Shown here: one piece after another, positions 11,087 to 22,945 of the stretch
How the letters are laid out: every line of letters begins with the position of its first letter
Numbering within the stretch: the stretch's first letter is position 1
Assembly: GCA_002269645.1 (NCBI GenBank)
Contig: NIVC01001025.1
Coordinates: 82,052-146,051, forward strand
Length of the DNA stretch: 64,000 nucleotides
Origin: Macrostomum lignano
Taxonomy: Eukaryota
Direction of reading: 5' to 3'
Notes under the pieces: generated by a model
Databases searched by the model: none
Told to the model about the DNA's origin: nothing
Seen by the model: only the letters and a program-made list of their open reading frames with translations
Program-made: the position numbers and the translations under genes

Positions 11087-14000
11087 GCTGCAGCAGCACC
11101 CACTCTCTTCCCCCTCACGCCAAGGTGCCTGTCTGTCGGGGTTCTTTCTCTGTCTCTCTCTCTCTCTATTTCTTTCTCTATCTGAGAGGCCCCCCCCCTA
11201 CCCAACTAAACAGAAGGAGAGACCAGACAGAACGGTGGGACAGGCCAGAGGCTTTATTAGACACACGGAGACACGAATTGCGACTTTTCTTTCTGCTGTC
11301 TCCCCCTCCCCTTCCCCCTCCCCCCACCGACCGCTCTGGCCTGACAAGAGGCAAAACTAGGGGACACACACAAGAGACTGCAATGGTCAGCAGCAGCCGC
11401 AGACAGATTCAAGCAAGAAAATTGAAAGAATAAAATAAATTTCATGCAGACAGAATAGAGAGAAGACTAACTAACAAGAATGAGGTTGCTGGCTGAGTGA
11501 GTGGGGCCACCCTGACAGGCCCCGCCGCCGGACCTGTCGAGAGCGAACGGTGCCGCATAAAAAAGAAGCCATTTTAAGCGGCCGTCAGCTCCCCCCCCAC
11601 TCCCCAACCCCCCATAACTAAGCCGCCACTTAATTTTCCAACCGCAAATGACAGCAATGGCAGTTAGATCTGTACCAGTTATTATCGGCTTTTCAAGAGC
11701 CCTCAAGCCCCGCCCAGCAGCCAAACTGTCGCCAGTCGTAAGGCCATTCTGGTGACAACCGAGCTGCAAAATTCGAACTGTTGTCCTCCTAGGCTCCAGT
11801 TTGGCTAAATCTGTGTGCCCGCTATTTGTATTCCCGATAGGCCTCCCATAAACTAAAGGGATCTGTCTTACTACACCTCCAGCTATTCGCTTTCATAATT
11901 TCGATAGCTGATGCCGGCATCATTCAAGCATTCCGACATCGATCCCACCGCCGCCCGGCCCGACCGCCAGCCAAGCCAGTCGGCGCCAGTTATTTTTGTT
12001 TCAAGCCGACTTTCACTTGGCTATGTGGGCAACAAAAAAGCAGGAAAATGGAGGGAGGCTGAGGTTGGCAGAGTCATTAGGCAAAGAAGGCGGCGCGCCC
12101 AACCCCCCCCCCCAGCAAAAAATCGCAAAAAAGCAAACCTGTCATGTTTCATTAGACTGCTTCTCTACCAGACAGTGACACCCGCAATTTTGTTCGCCTA
12201 CCTCCCCGACCGCTCGGATTCCCGACGATTCGCTCTGCTCCATTCCTCCCTTTCCGACGCACAACCATCATCATACGCTTTGAAAAAGAATTTAGAAAGC
12301 GCTCTATCCGCCTCTGCCGCCGCCAAACATTATTTCTGATTTTAGCTGTGTATTTAGTTAGCAAACAGTCAACAGGGAAATGAGCAATCGGACCGAGACC
12401 AAGCGCCAATATATGTTTTTTTTGTTCAAAAGCAAGGGAATCGAGCGCAAAACAAGAGGATGTAGGAAAATTTGAAACGAGCGCGGCGGCGGCTTTTCTC
12501 AGAGGATCAAGGGAGAGGGGGAACACGAAACAAGGAAGGATGGAAAAGTGGCAGACTGATCAGGCCGAGATGAAGAGACGCGACGGAGAGGCTGTGGGGG
12601 GGATTAGAAGAGGTCGGCGACTCTTTGTCGCGACAGTTGAACAACAACCAAACTCCTCTCTCTCTCTCCGCGGCTCTAGAGAGCGAAGCGACGGCGCGAG
12701 TTAATGGCGACGGCAATTTTTCCTCTTTTTCGGAGACTAAGTGAAAGTGGAGGAGGCAGACAGGCAGACAGACACAGACAGACAGGCCAGACAGAGAGTT
12801 GGCGAGCAACAAGCTATGGGAGAATTTTTTCAGCCGCAATCCACCGACCACCCAGCCCGAACCCTTGGTCCCATCCCAGGGCCTATAAGCCTTAAGTGCT
12901 TTAACCAAGCCAATTAGTTGGCCTAACAAAACGAACAGAACCTTGGCCTCTCGCTTCCCAACCTGCAATAGGCAAGGAGGTCAAGGAAGCCCCGCGACTC
13001 GACATTTTTTCCACTCATTTGCCCTTCCTTGGCCGGATCTTCCCGTCTGGCCCCGTCATTAAGGGGGCGCCAGCGATTGCTAAACTAACTAAAAACCCAG
13101 CCTCTGTGCCAGTCCTCTCCCCTAACCTCTCTCTCATACACACTCGCGCTTCTAGGCATCTTCGGTAAGGCCTGTCTTCCTATCTATTCGAACCCATCGG
13201 CTGCCTGTTGGCCACTTTTCGGTTGCGCTTCGGTGAAGCCGCGGCTGCGGTGCTGCCCGCCAGAAAGAAAACTTTGCTGTTTTTCTGCTCTTGTTCTTAG
13301 TTCCATTACTCTTTCACTTGTACACCTGCTGCTCAAGTTTGCTCTGAGGCTTTTAGAAAGGAACATTAGCTTGCATTGGTGTCTTTCTTTCTTCTTCTTT
13401 TCTTCACTTTTAACCTTTGCTTGCAGCTTGAATCTCTCTTTCTAGTTTTGTTTGCTGCTCTTTTCTTCTTTTGCTAGTTAATAATGTGCATACAAACGAT
13501 TAGTCTCAATGGAAATGTCCTTATTGTAGAACTAACATACGTGTTTGTTAAAAGAAACTGAATTTATGCACAAATCAGAGCTTGAAATAAGATCAATTCA
13601 ATTCATTAAGTCTATCTATAAGCCCTATTGAAGTTATTATTTGCTTAATACTCACTTTTCTGATAACTCTAAAAAAGCCTTAGCCTACATTAAAATTACA
13701 ATTAGATAATAATAAGACGACAGATTATAAATGCGGCACATTAAAAAGAGAATTGAGAGAGGCGCCAGCTCGCGAGTTGTTGGCGCCTAAAAGGGGGAGG
13801 GAGGGAGGTGGTGCGGCGGCGGCGGACTGCGGTGAAAGCAGCAAAAGGCCGCAGGCAGGCAGACAAGGCAGATAAGCAGCAAGCCTGTGTGACAGACAGC
13901 GCAGAGTTGCTAGTTGTGTATGAGACTCAACATTGCATTGAAATCTCTTTCTCTCCCCCTCAATGCGCGCACGCTATCAGGAATATTTTCCTTAGGCAAA

Positions 14001-14118
14001 GAAACGGCCCAAGCTGTGTTGAGGATTATGACATCCAATAGTTCAATATGCAGTCAGAGGGCAGCTGCTTCATAGTATTTGAGATTGGAGAGGCCAATCA
14101 ATAGATTTCTATAAGGCA

Positions 14119-14152
14119 GTCTAGACAGGCTTTAAAAATAAAACCTGGCGCC
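14119..14152. promoter_or_regulatory. Second palindromic SBE GTCTAGAC (14119-14126) with a GGCGCC box at 14147-14152
   Basis: Both motifs seen directly in Smad intron 1; function inferred. Confidence 0.35.
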
Positions 14153-14324
14153 TAACACCGGAGACAAAGGCGGCTATGAAAATAAAAAAACACATTGCTC
14201 ATCTAGTATTGAGAAGGCCGTATACGAACCGTATCTGCATAAAGCAGGAGTCGGGAGACTGCGACCCTGAAGCCTCTCTATCCGGCCCTCGGGTCCTTTG
14301 AAACCGCTCGCTCATGGTTTGTCT

Positions 14325-14665
14325 CTTCTCTCCTCTCCTCTTCTATATTTTCTCTCCTCTCTCATCTTCCTCCTCGTCTCTCTCATCTCATCTCATCTCA
14401 TCTCTTATCTTCTCTCGCCTCTCATCTCTCATCTCTTCTCTTTTCTCTCCTCTCCACTTCTCTCTTTTCTCTCCTCTCCGGTCTCCTCTCCTCTTTCTTA
14501 TCTCCTGTCCTCTTTTCTCATCTGTTGTCTTCTCTCGCCTCTCACCTCTCGTCTCTTCTCATATTTCTCTCCTCTCCTCTTTCCTCTCCTATCTTTTCTC
14601 TCCTCTCCGGTCTCCTCTTATCTCTCTTATCTCCTCTCTCCTCTTCTCTCTGATCTATTCTCCAT
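14325..14665. repeat. CT-rich low-complexity tract
   Basis: Almost only C/T; explains the Ser/Leu-rich ORFs. Confidence 0.85.
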
Positions 14666-15358
14666 TTATTTCTCACCTGGCCCGCAGCAACTATGTTCCC
14701 GGTTTTTAACAACAACGGCGGTCGGTAAAACTCCCCCCGTCTGAAAGCTCTTGACTGGTTTTACGACATCCTACCAGTTGCGTCTTGATTGCTTTGAATT
14801 AAAGAATCGGAGGTAACACGGATACACATAGAAGCCTAATGCCTAATTATAAGCGCGATTTTTTTCACTTAATCCTAACCTGATTAACCAGAGGCGCTTG
14901 TGGATTTAATTAACCGTAGCATCATAATCAGGCTCCAGACCGGCTCCTAGACAGGCGATAAGGACTAAAAAAGAAAACCCCAAGACCTAGCGCCACATGC
15001 AAGGCCTTGGCCTCCTCAATCAGGCTGGCTGAGGATCGGTCAACGAGATAGCAGGGGAATTCGAGGGAGAATTACGGGCAACGGCAAGATCTGGTCAGCT
15101 ATTTACAATCCAGTCTCGCCAGTACAGAATATCGTGTACCCCAATCCCATATAAATGTAGTAATTCATTTCTTGTGCCACTGTCTACTCATTCATATGCC
15201 AAATTATTCTTACATTACCTACGGATTATACATTATTATATACAGCCTGTGCCTAATAAGACAGTGAGAAATAGGGAAAAAATTGGCTTTTCTAAACTAC
15301 TAGGCACTATGGAACAATGTTTTTTGTTAGATAAAGCCTCATTGATGGTAATAGTTTA

Positions 15359-15610
15359 GCGCCACAGGTGAGATTTTAAACGGGACTTGAGCGCCACAGG
15401 TAAGACATAAGCACCACAGGTGAGACTTTAGTGCCACAGGTGAGACTTAATTACCACAGGTGAGACTTTAGTACCACAGGTGAGACTTAAGTGCCACAGG
15501 TGAGACTTAAGTGCCACAGGTGAGACTTAAGCGCCACAGGTGAGACTTAAGCGCCACAGGTAAGACTTAAGCTCCACAGGTGAGACTTAAGCGCCACAGG
15601 TGAGACTTCA
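15359..15610. repeat. 20-bp tandem repeat (GCGCCACAGGTGAGACTTAA), 11 units plus a partial
   Basis: Units at a 20-bp period from 15391 to 15591, ending ~40 nt from the exon 1 donor. Confidence 0.95.
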
Positions 15611-15652
15611 GACGAGAAGCACAGATAATATAATACACCAAGCCGAACTCAC

Positions 15653-16175
15653 CGGGTGCAACAGTGAGAGTTCGATAGAAATGAAACGGATTAATGCACT
15701 GGCCGGACACTTTACTGCAGCAGGCCTCAGTCATTGGCGTCAGCGTCTCGGTTGCGGTCAGGTCCGGATAGCGCCAGGCACGAAGGCAGAGCTGGCGAGC
15801 GTTGACCCGGTGCCGGCCGAGTTGCAGATTGGTGCCGCCGGCGTCGCTGCTCGGTTCCAGCCGGACACAGTCGGACTGCCCGCCGGTGCCAATCTCGATG
15901 GCTTGAGAAAGTTTAGCCAACCGATCGCTGCGCTGCAGATGCTTCATCAGGGCGTGCAGCTGGCCGTGCAAATCTCTGCCGCCGCTGATGCCGCCGCCTT
16001 CGTCCTCAGAGTCATCCGCATCTACCGACGGCGGCTGCGGCAGAATGCGGGCAAGCAATTTTCTTGTTGAAATTTTGCCGCTGCCGCCAACAGATGGAGA
16101 CAACAGCAGCTTCTTGCTAGACGATGACGGCGATGACGATTTCTTTTTTGGCGATCCGGCGAGACAGGAGAACAT
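15653..16175 (-). CDS. Smad6/7: Inhibitory Smad, first coding exon (N-terminus + divergent MH1)
   Basis: ATG at 16175 (MFSCLAG; I-Smads typically start MF). Contains LHALMKHL..LSQAIE, DCVRL, QLCLRAWRYPDL, EACC and QCINPFHF, retaining the MH1 Zn ligands but not the R-Smad DGRLQV hairpin. Donor CCCG|GTGAGT, phase 1. Confidence 0.9.
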
Positions 16176-16425
16176 AGGCAAAGGCAAGTGGTGCTGATAA
16201 TGCGGTCTGCTGCTGGTGCTGCTGTCTGCCAGCTCTGACAGCGTTCACTGACTAGCGATGACTGCGGAATTATATAATCAACTGTAATATATTCAATGCT
16301 CTGTGCTGACTATTTATATTTATATATATCAGGCCCGCCCAGCCACTCGCCGCTTCCTTTGTCTTTATCCAAACTGGCTGGGCGGTGGGGGTGTGTTAGT
16401 GTTTCTCTTTTCTTTGCTCTGTGGC

Positions 16426-16426
<1 letters not shown>

Positions 16427-16504
<78 letters not shown>
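16427..16504. repeat. (TC)39 microsatellite upstream of the Smad start codon
   Basis: Read directly. Confidence 0.97.
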
Positions 16505-16507
<3 letters not shown>

Positions 16508-16849
16508 ACCTCTCTCACTGATTCGAGGGGCTTTTCGGCGGAGGTTGAGGGAGCGCTAGCGCGGGAGGATGGGAGACGCGAGCGAGGCTTCAGCAGAGGG
16601 TTGGTTGAGGGAGAATAGCGGAGCCAGGAAGAACCCCCTGGCTTGGCGATGCCTATCAGGAAGTTTAAGGCTAGATATGAAGAGGAAAACCCGAGGCCGA
16701 AGGAGAAGCAGCGGCAGGAGAGGCCTTGGAGCCCACGAGACGGAGGAGGCTGCGGCGGCGCTGGCGTGTGTTTGGCGCCTCCTCTACAATATTTCTCTAT
16801 ATCTATCTCTCTGGCGTGTTTTTTCAATTCTATCTCCAACTGGTGGAGC

Positions 16850-17050
16850 CGGCTCCCTCTCTCTCAGCACCGACTTGGGTTATCAGGGCGGGCAGATCAG
16901 CTCGGGGCGCCATTACGGCACCACTGAGGCGGGCACCGGGTTGGAGCGTCGGCTATCAGCCAATGGCCATTTAGTCTGGGACGGCCACGAGGCCGCGTCA
17001 ATCATTTAACGGACTTGGGCTGAGAGGGGGGCGGCGGCGGTAAAAAGGGG
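16850..17050 (-). promoter_or_regulatory. GC-rich putative Smad promoter region (GGGCGG boxes, CCAAT 16960-16964, GGCGCC ~16906-16911)
   Basis: Motif cluster at the edge of the GC-rich island upstream of exon 1; no transcript evidence. Confidence 0.3.
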
Positions 17051-19380
17051 CAGTGGGTGAACTGTGGAGGAGGGGCAGAGAGAGAGTAGCTTTAAATAAG
17101 AGACCCATAGCAAAAATAGAAATTCCAGTTGTCATATTCCATGTTTCATCTCATAAGTAGTTAGTAAGTAGTATAGAAGAGCTATAGACAGTCTTATTCA
17201 ATAATCAAGCCTAAAATGTTTAGGAAAATATAAAAAATAACGAATAAAAATAAGCTTCGTTGACAATCTGATACGCGCTAGCGCCTTTATTTAATAAGCA
17301 CTATCTCACTTTCCTTTTATTTTTTTCCGGATAATAATAATTGGACGCTGAGGGTAAATACAAGACAAGACATGACATTTTGATTGCATAGGGGGGGGGA
17401 GGGGGGCGAGGAAGGTTTATTATAAGCGGAAGGGTCCAAGTTCAGAGTTAGCCTTAGTCAGATTAGACAAGCAAAATACACAGGAGAGACAGACAGATAG
17501 ACAGGCAGTGCAGTTCAGAATTTCATGCAGAGCGACTAGAGACCAGAGAAGTTAAGGATCGGACACCCCACTGCACTGGCTAGGAGCATTTATTAACAGA
17601 GGCAATGGCGAACGAACATGGACAGGATGCTGGCACAGAAAGATAGGGAGATTGGGGATAGACCATTCAGCCATTCGAATGTCCCCCCCCCTTCCCTGAA
17701 TTTACCCTGTTTATTATTGAGGAACTGCACTGGGTCCAAGCTAGTATTTTACTGTCTAAATGTGCTTTTGCTTGCCTCATTTGCTGCTATGAATACACTT
17801 GCCAGTCTAAAAGGAAAGGACAACAGAGAATCTGGAACATATTTAAGCCAGATTTGTTGGCCCAAATGCTTTACTAAATGCATAAAATCTTTTATAAGAA
17901 CCCCGAATTATCAGCCAATCAAGCTTGACTCAACTAAATACTTGGGCAATCAAATTCACTGTCAAAACTCACTGAAATATATGACAAAAGGATTATAATA
18001 GCTGGACTGCAGAGGATAACAATCCTATAACATAAAACTAAAAAGTAATTATGAAATTGATTCAAATGGTTTGAATAACCTATTGAATATAAATAATAAC
18101 CATTCTACAGATTAAACATTAATACTAACTAAGAATCTAGTTCTTTACATCACATACTACTTAGTAGGTAGGAATTATAAGAAATCAAAAAGAGGTAAAC
18201 TATTAATGTGACTGAAAATATAGGCAATACATTAGTTATGCTTTTCATATAATTATTAGTTTACTTTTGGTAAATTACAAAAAAGTTAGTTACAAAATGT
18301 GTACATTATATTGGCGGGCAATTTTATATTGAAAGTTTTTTGAGAAGCCCTTTATTAAATGCATATATATGTTATTATTTTATTTAAGTTCAAAGTAAAG
18401 GATTTGTATTTATAGCCGATTTCAACATTGATTATAATAGAAAACAAAGCTAGGTCTATACTATACTGAGCTTCGTAAGGTTAGGAAAAATTTCAAAGAT
18501 TTTCAATTCAAGCCTATAATAGAGCTTACAAAATTAGAACAGTTAATTTAATAAACAAACAAGAAGATGCTACATAAATATTGAAGTGACAGTTCATTGG
18601 TTTGTGATCTAGGTAACTGTGTGGGTTATTGTTTAACTTTGTTTGCATAACTTAGCTTAATCACTTTGTTTGCATCTTGAAATCAGCATGTACTTAGTAA
18701 ATCAATGCATACTCTATGCAATGCAATTCAATGTGCATCATTGTGCTAGACTTGCTTCACCCTGTAAGTCTATATAATTTCATACTCTTTCTACTTACTT
18801 AGCCAGTGCATCAGTGAAATTCAATATTTACAATATGTAAGTTATTGCTATCAAACTCATTAAGTGACTTTGGCTATTCTACAAATATATTGCAAGAATT
18901 CCCACATTATTAACAATAATCAATTTCTGACTTTTGCATCACATCAAATATAGCTCTGTTAGGGCTTCCTTTATATACTAAATCATAAATAGTGAATAAT
19001 AGCAAATGCATAACTGCCAACCAACCTGGTTAATCCAGTCTGGCAATATACAAGGCATGCCCTAAAAGTAGTGTCACTTTTGCTTGCCATCATGATTCTG
19101 ATGCAATGCTAAAAATAAACTGCCTTTGCTTGCAAATCAACTTATCTTAGCTTTATAGGATCAAAAGTCCTATCATTTCAGGCCCCATTGGAATAAATAA
19201 ACAAAAGGCATCTGACTATCCATTGGAACTTTTCTAGTGTTCAATTTCCTTTAAAAAATTCTACTGTCATCCTGCAGCTGGTGTTTTTCAATTCTGTCTC
19301 ATGACATTCTGTCTCACCATCTCATGATAGGTGGTGTCATGAGATGGTGCAGTTTTTAGGTAAATAGCAAAAGTAACTAG

Positions 19381-19545
19381 GACTGTCTTATTAAGGCTAA
19401 ATGCCTCATTATCTAATTAGTACTATGCCTATATTTGGTGCAAAAGTTAACATGCTCTGTGTCATGTTGCACTTTTGAGCTACAATTTTAGACCCCGTGT
19501 TGCACATCCACAGGTTTTTTTACACTTATTCCAGTAGGGATTTTA
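19381..19545 (+). repeat. Dispersed ~165-bp repeat, copy 1 (copy 2 at ~23794-23950)
   Basis: TTATTAAGGCTAAATGC...ATTATCTAATTAGTACTATGCCTATATT...CTACAATTTTAGACCC..TGTTGCACATCCACAGGT is shared by both copies. Confidence 0.8.
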
Positions 19546-19725
19546 GGTGCTTTTCAATTAGTACAATGAGTTATGATTTGAGCACTCTTGGGCATAGATT
19601 TACACAAATGTACAGTCGACTCTGATTTAGGTAGAAGCAAGCATTAGACATCAATGGAGCTAGGGCAGCGCAGACTTGCAAAACACAGATGACTGAGATT
19701 AATTAATGTCATGGACACAAATATA

Positions 19726-20500
19726 CCTTTTTACGTTCTATTTGATAAAAACTGCAACCAATTTGGCCACGGCTCAGCCTGACGCAGCCGCAGCAATTTT
19801 CCATAGACAGCCACTGCTAGCGGCAACCAATTTGGTAAAAACTGCAAGCTATTTTGCCAGCTTGAAGATAGCAGCTGCTCTGATGGTGAATCGTGGGCTG
19901 TACCAAAAGATAAGTCAGCTGGATCGAGATCGAATCGTGAGAGCGTACAGGAATGGCAACGACTGGGGAGAGCTTGGCAGAATGATGGGGATGAAGAAAC
20001 CGACAGTAAGGAACATCGTGACCACGTATGAACAAACTGGTAGAGTTGGCACTCTGCCAAAAGGAGGAGTGAAGAGGATGGCGCTGACAGAGGCTATGGT
20101 GGACACCATTGTTCAATTCATCGAAGGTCAACCTACTGCGATGCTGCAACAAATGAGAGAGCACCTGCTGCACCAACACAATGACGTTGCCAACGTGAGT
20201 CTGACCACTATCAGTCGTGCTCTGGATGGTCGCCTCATCACCCTGAAGTTACTGCGCCAGGTACCTAGCGACATACCTGGCTGAGGACATAATGTTCTGA
20301 CTTTGTGCATGTATTGTTAACATTCTTTATTGTTATTGTTATGCTATTGAGCTGCTATCTTCAAGCTGGCAAAAAAGCTCGCAGTTTTTACCAAATTGGT
20401 TGCCGCTAGCAATGGCTGTCTATGGAAAATTGCTGCGGCTGCGTCAGGCTGAGCCGTGGCCAAATTGGTTGCAGTTTTTATCAAATAGAACGTAAAAAGG
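19726..20500 (+). mobile_element. Internally deleted Tc1/IS630-like DNA transposon with 151-bp TIRs
   Basis: 19726-19876 is the reverse complement of 20350-20500 (3 mismatches). TA on the left flank, AA on the right. The internal ORF encodes only the HTH region. Confidence 0.9.
19883..20284 (+). CDS. Truncated Tc1/IS630-type transposase, N-terminal HTH region only (133 aa)
   Basis: MVNRGLYQKISQLDRDRIVRAY..GMKKPTVRNIVTTYEQTG..KGG..SLTTISRAL..ITLK resembles the paired-like HTH of Tc1-family transposases. No DDE domain follows. The first 59 codons of the track ORF are TIR sequence. Confidence 0.65.
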   Translation: MVNRGLYQKISQLDRDRIVRAYRNGNDWGELGRMMGMKKPTVRNIVTTYEQTGRVGTLPKGGVKRMALTEAMVDTIVQFIEGQPTAMLQQMREHLLHQHNDVANVSLTTISRALDGRLITLKLLRQVPSDIPG

Positions 20501-21589
20501 AATATTCACTTTGTAGAAGGGCAATGACAAGTGTGCTATATTCCCCCTTTAGAGTCTGTCAAAAGTGCCCAGAGATTCATGAGAACCTGATCTATATCTA
20601 TGGTGCCAAAAAAATTTAGTAGAATGGTCTAATAGTATCTAGCTATTAGACTCACATGTTTAGCTACATGGTGACTAAACTGAGAAGAGGACAATGCCCA
20701 TAGACATGGATGAGTAATTATTGTACCTCATATAAAACTATGTCCTTAGAATAATGCTAAATCCTTTTTTCACATTTCACAATTTCAAAAGTTTTAGAAA
20801 CATTTTGTTGCCAGATAAAGCCACTTGCACTATTCAATGATTGTTCAATGATATGTTTAAATATTGTTTTTGAAAGGTAATACAAACAAATATGACATTA
20901 CCCTTTTGGGATACATCTTGTATAAATAATGGCAAATAAAGGGTGAATAAGAAATTGACAATGAAAAAACAAAAGACAAAAAACAATTTACTTAAAGAAT
21001 AATAATTGATTACATCTGCCCTAGTGGGTAGATATGCAACTGATAGCTTAGCTACAACTATTGCATGGCATATATGAAGGCTACACATAGCCATTTAATC
21101 TAAGGACTAAATTTTATCCATTCCTTAAGGGAATGCTACATACATCTTCAATTATCTTAGCTAATGCTAATACCTATTTCATAGCTACGTGAACTAAAGC
21201 AATGCAAAGGGAAATGTCTTGCTCAAGGATACAAGTTGTTCCAGTGGAATTTGGAACTATTTAAAAGTACTTAAAAGTCTATTACAAAAAATTATCTAAT
21301 AGGATGTTGTCACAATTAGTAGTAACTAGCTAGAAATATTTATTTTATTTATTTTTTTCTTAACATTTTGATATTCATTCTATAATTATTATTCCTTTCT
21401 AAAACTTTCTAAAAGAATTTAATAGACATTCAAGACTTATTGGTCCTAGTTATAACCTAGAATTAAAAAGGTATTTAGTGCACTTGTATATTCATAATAA
21501 TTTATTTTATACCTAACTTCATTTGCCATTGTTTCTGTTAAACTTTTTTGATTTCTTCAAATTTTTCAATTTCTTAAACCTTTTAATAC

Positions 21590-22945
21590 TTTAAAATAAA
21601 TGAGATCTGTATTGCTCTTGAATGTGCTCTCCAGCCAGGAACTCTACCACCTGTCAAGCCTTGTGGGCCAGGGGCATTTTTGTGATAGAGAAGGATGCCC
21701 CAAACTCGAGTCCTTGGGCAATGCCTGGAGAGAGTGCTCAGCACTTCTGGTAAGCAAACATTGGCATACCAGTCACCTGTGACTATGCACTGCTGCACAA
21801 GTGGAACCGTGGCCAAATGACCAGTTTTTGCCACGAAAATGGCCACTATCTGCTTTGCCATGCTGCACTCTTGCCAAAGCTTGGATAGTGGGGTGCCACC
21901 AACTGGAGTCCACTAGGCTAACTGCTAGTTAGTCTCTAGGTCAAAACTATAGATCCACAACTTGTCATCACTAACAATATCCCAGACCAAGTTTGAGCTG
22001 CCTCCATTGAATCTGTTAAGCATGGTGCAGCACCAGGTCACCCGAGCCTCCTTCTGCTCCAGAGTCAGCTGATGAGGCACCCAGCGTGCAGAAATCTTGC
22101 TCAGGTTGATCTGTGAATGCAAGATTGTCTTAATGGATCCTGATAAGATGCCTACCTCTGCCTCTATCTGGGCCACAGTCACTTGGGCATCATCCTCAAC
22201 TCAACCATGGCTCAGACAGCAGCAACACCCAAGCCGACGAGCTGGCAGCCAAGGGCTGCCCCCTAAATGGCCCGGATGGACCAGGCTGGACGGCTGAAGC
22301 AGCAAAGCTGGAGATCAGGACCCACCTGCAGAGACGCAGTGGCTGGAGGCACACCAGGTCGGAGGCAACGTACGGCGGCGGCCCCAAATGGCGCACCAAA
22401 GCCAGATGGCTGGTGGCAGAGAGGGCTGAATATGTGCGCTTCTGCATTGGCCACAGCACCAAGCTGATGGCGTATGCAAACTGCATCGGCCTTGCTACAT
22501 CGGCAACCTGCCAGCACTGCGAGCTTGGCGAACAAACAAATGTGCACGTGGCCACAGAATGCCCTGTCCTGGATTGGGTACGACAACAGCTTGGCGTGAC
22601 CAGCCTGAGCAACCTATGCTGTGAGCCAGAGGCCGGTTGCCGGCTGTGGAATGCGTTCTTGCAACTGTAGAGAGCCGTGTTTGCCAAATCAGACAGCCCC
22701 AACAACATTTCTAAAAACAAAAACAGCAGCAACATTATCCTTGGTTATTGCAGAGACAGGCCGGCTACTGCACTCATCATCTAGAATCTGCTGCATCAAA
22801 ATTTGGCAAACCAGTCAAAAACAGTGGATCTAGATGCTTCATCCCCAAAAGCTCCTTGCAATCACTCAAGACTTTCTTGCTGCTGTAAACCACTTTTAAA
22901 ATAGTAATAAATCATTGCTCTAAAATGACTCCTATTGAGCTCCAT
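21590..22945 (-). mobile_element. Decayed mariner (DD34D) transposase pseudogene split by a LINE insertion
   Basis: From ATG 22945: MELNRSHFRAMIYYYFKSGL..AFGDEASRSTVFDWFAKF (with stops), ..RPVSAITKDNVAAV. After the insertion: VEDDAQVTVAQIEAEVG..ISARWVPHQLT..IVSDDKLWIYSFDLET, then GILLYHKNAP. WVPH-L and the TGDE/HDNA-like motifs are degenerate; stops and frameshifts present. Confidence 0.9.
22228..22722 (+). mobile_element. 5'-truncated non-LTR retrotransposon (LINE 3' end)
   Basis: 12-bp TSD ACAGCAGCAACA (22216-22227 and 22723-22734) and A-rich tail CTAAAAACAAAA. ORF 22413..22670 has IGH..L.AY..CIG..ATCQHCELGEQTNVHVATECP, the ORF2 C-terminal CCHC-type motif. Confidence 0.88.

Noticed and set aside
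10951-11433. Poly-Ala ORF (and an RPPPY in an overlapping frame) as a Smad exon
   Set aside because: Wrong strand for the Smad gene, low complexity, and no convincing splice sites.
15359-15610. Repeated CAG|GTGAG splice donors
   Set aside because: They are on the plus strand, while the host gene is transcribed from the minus strand.
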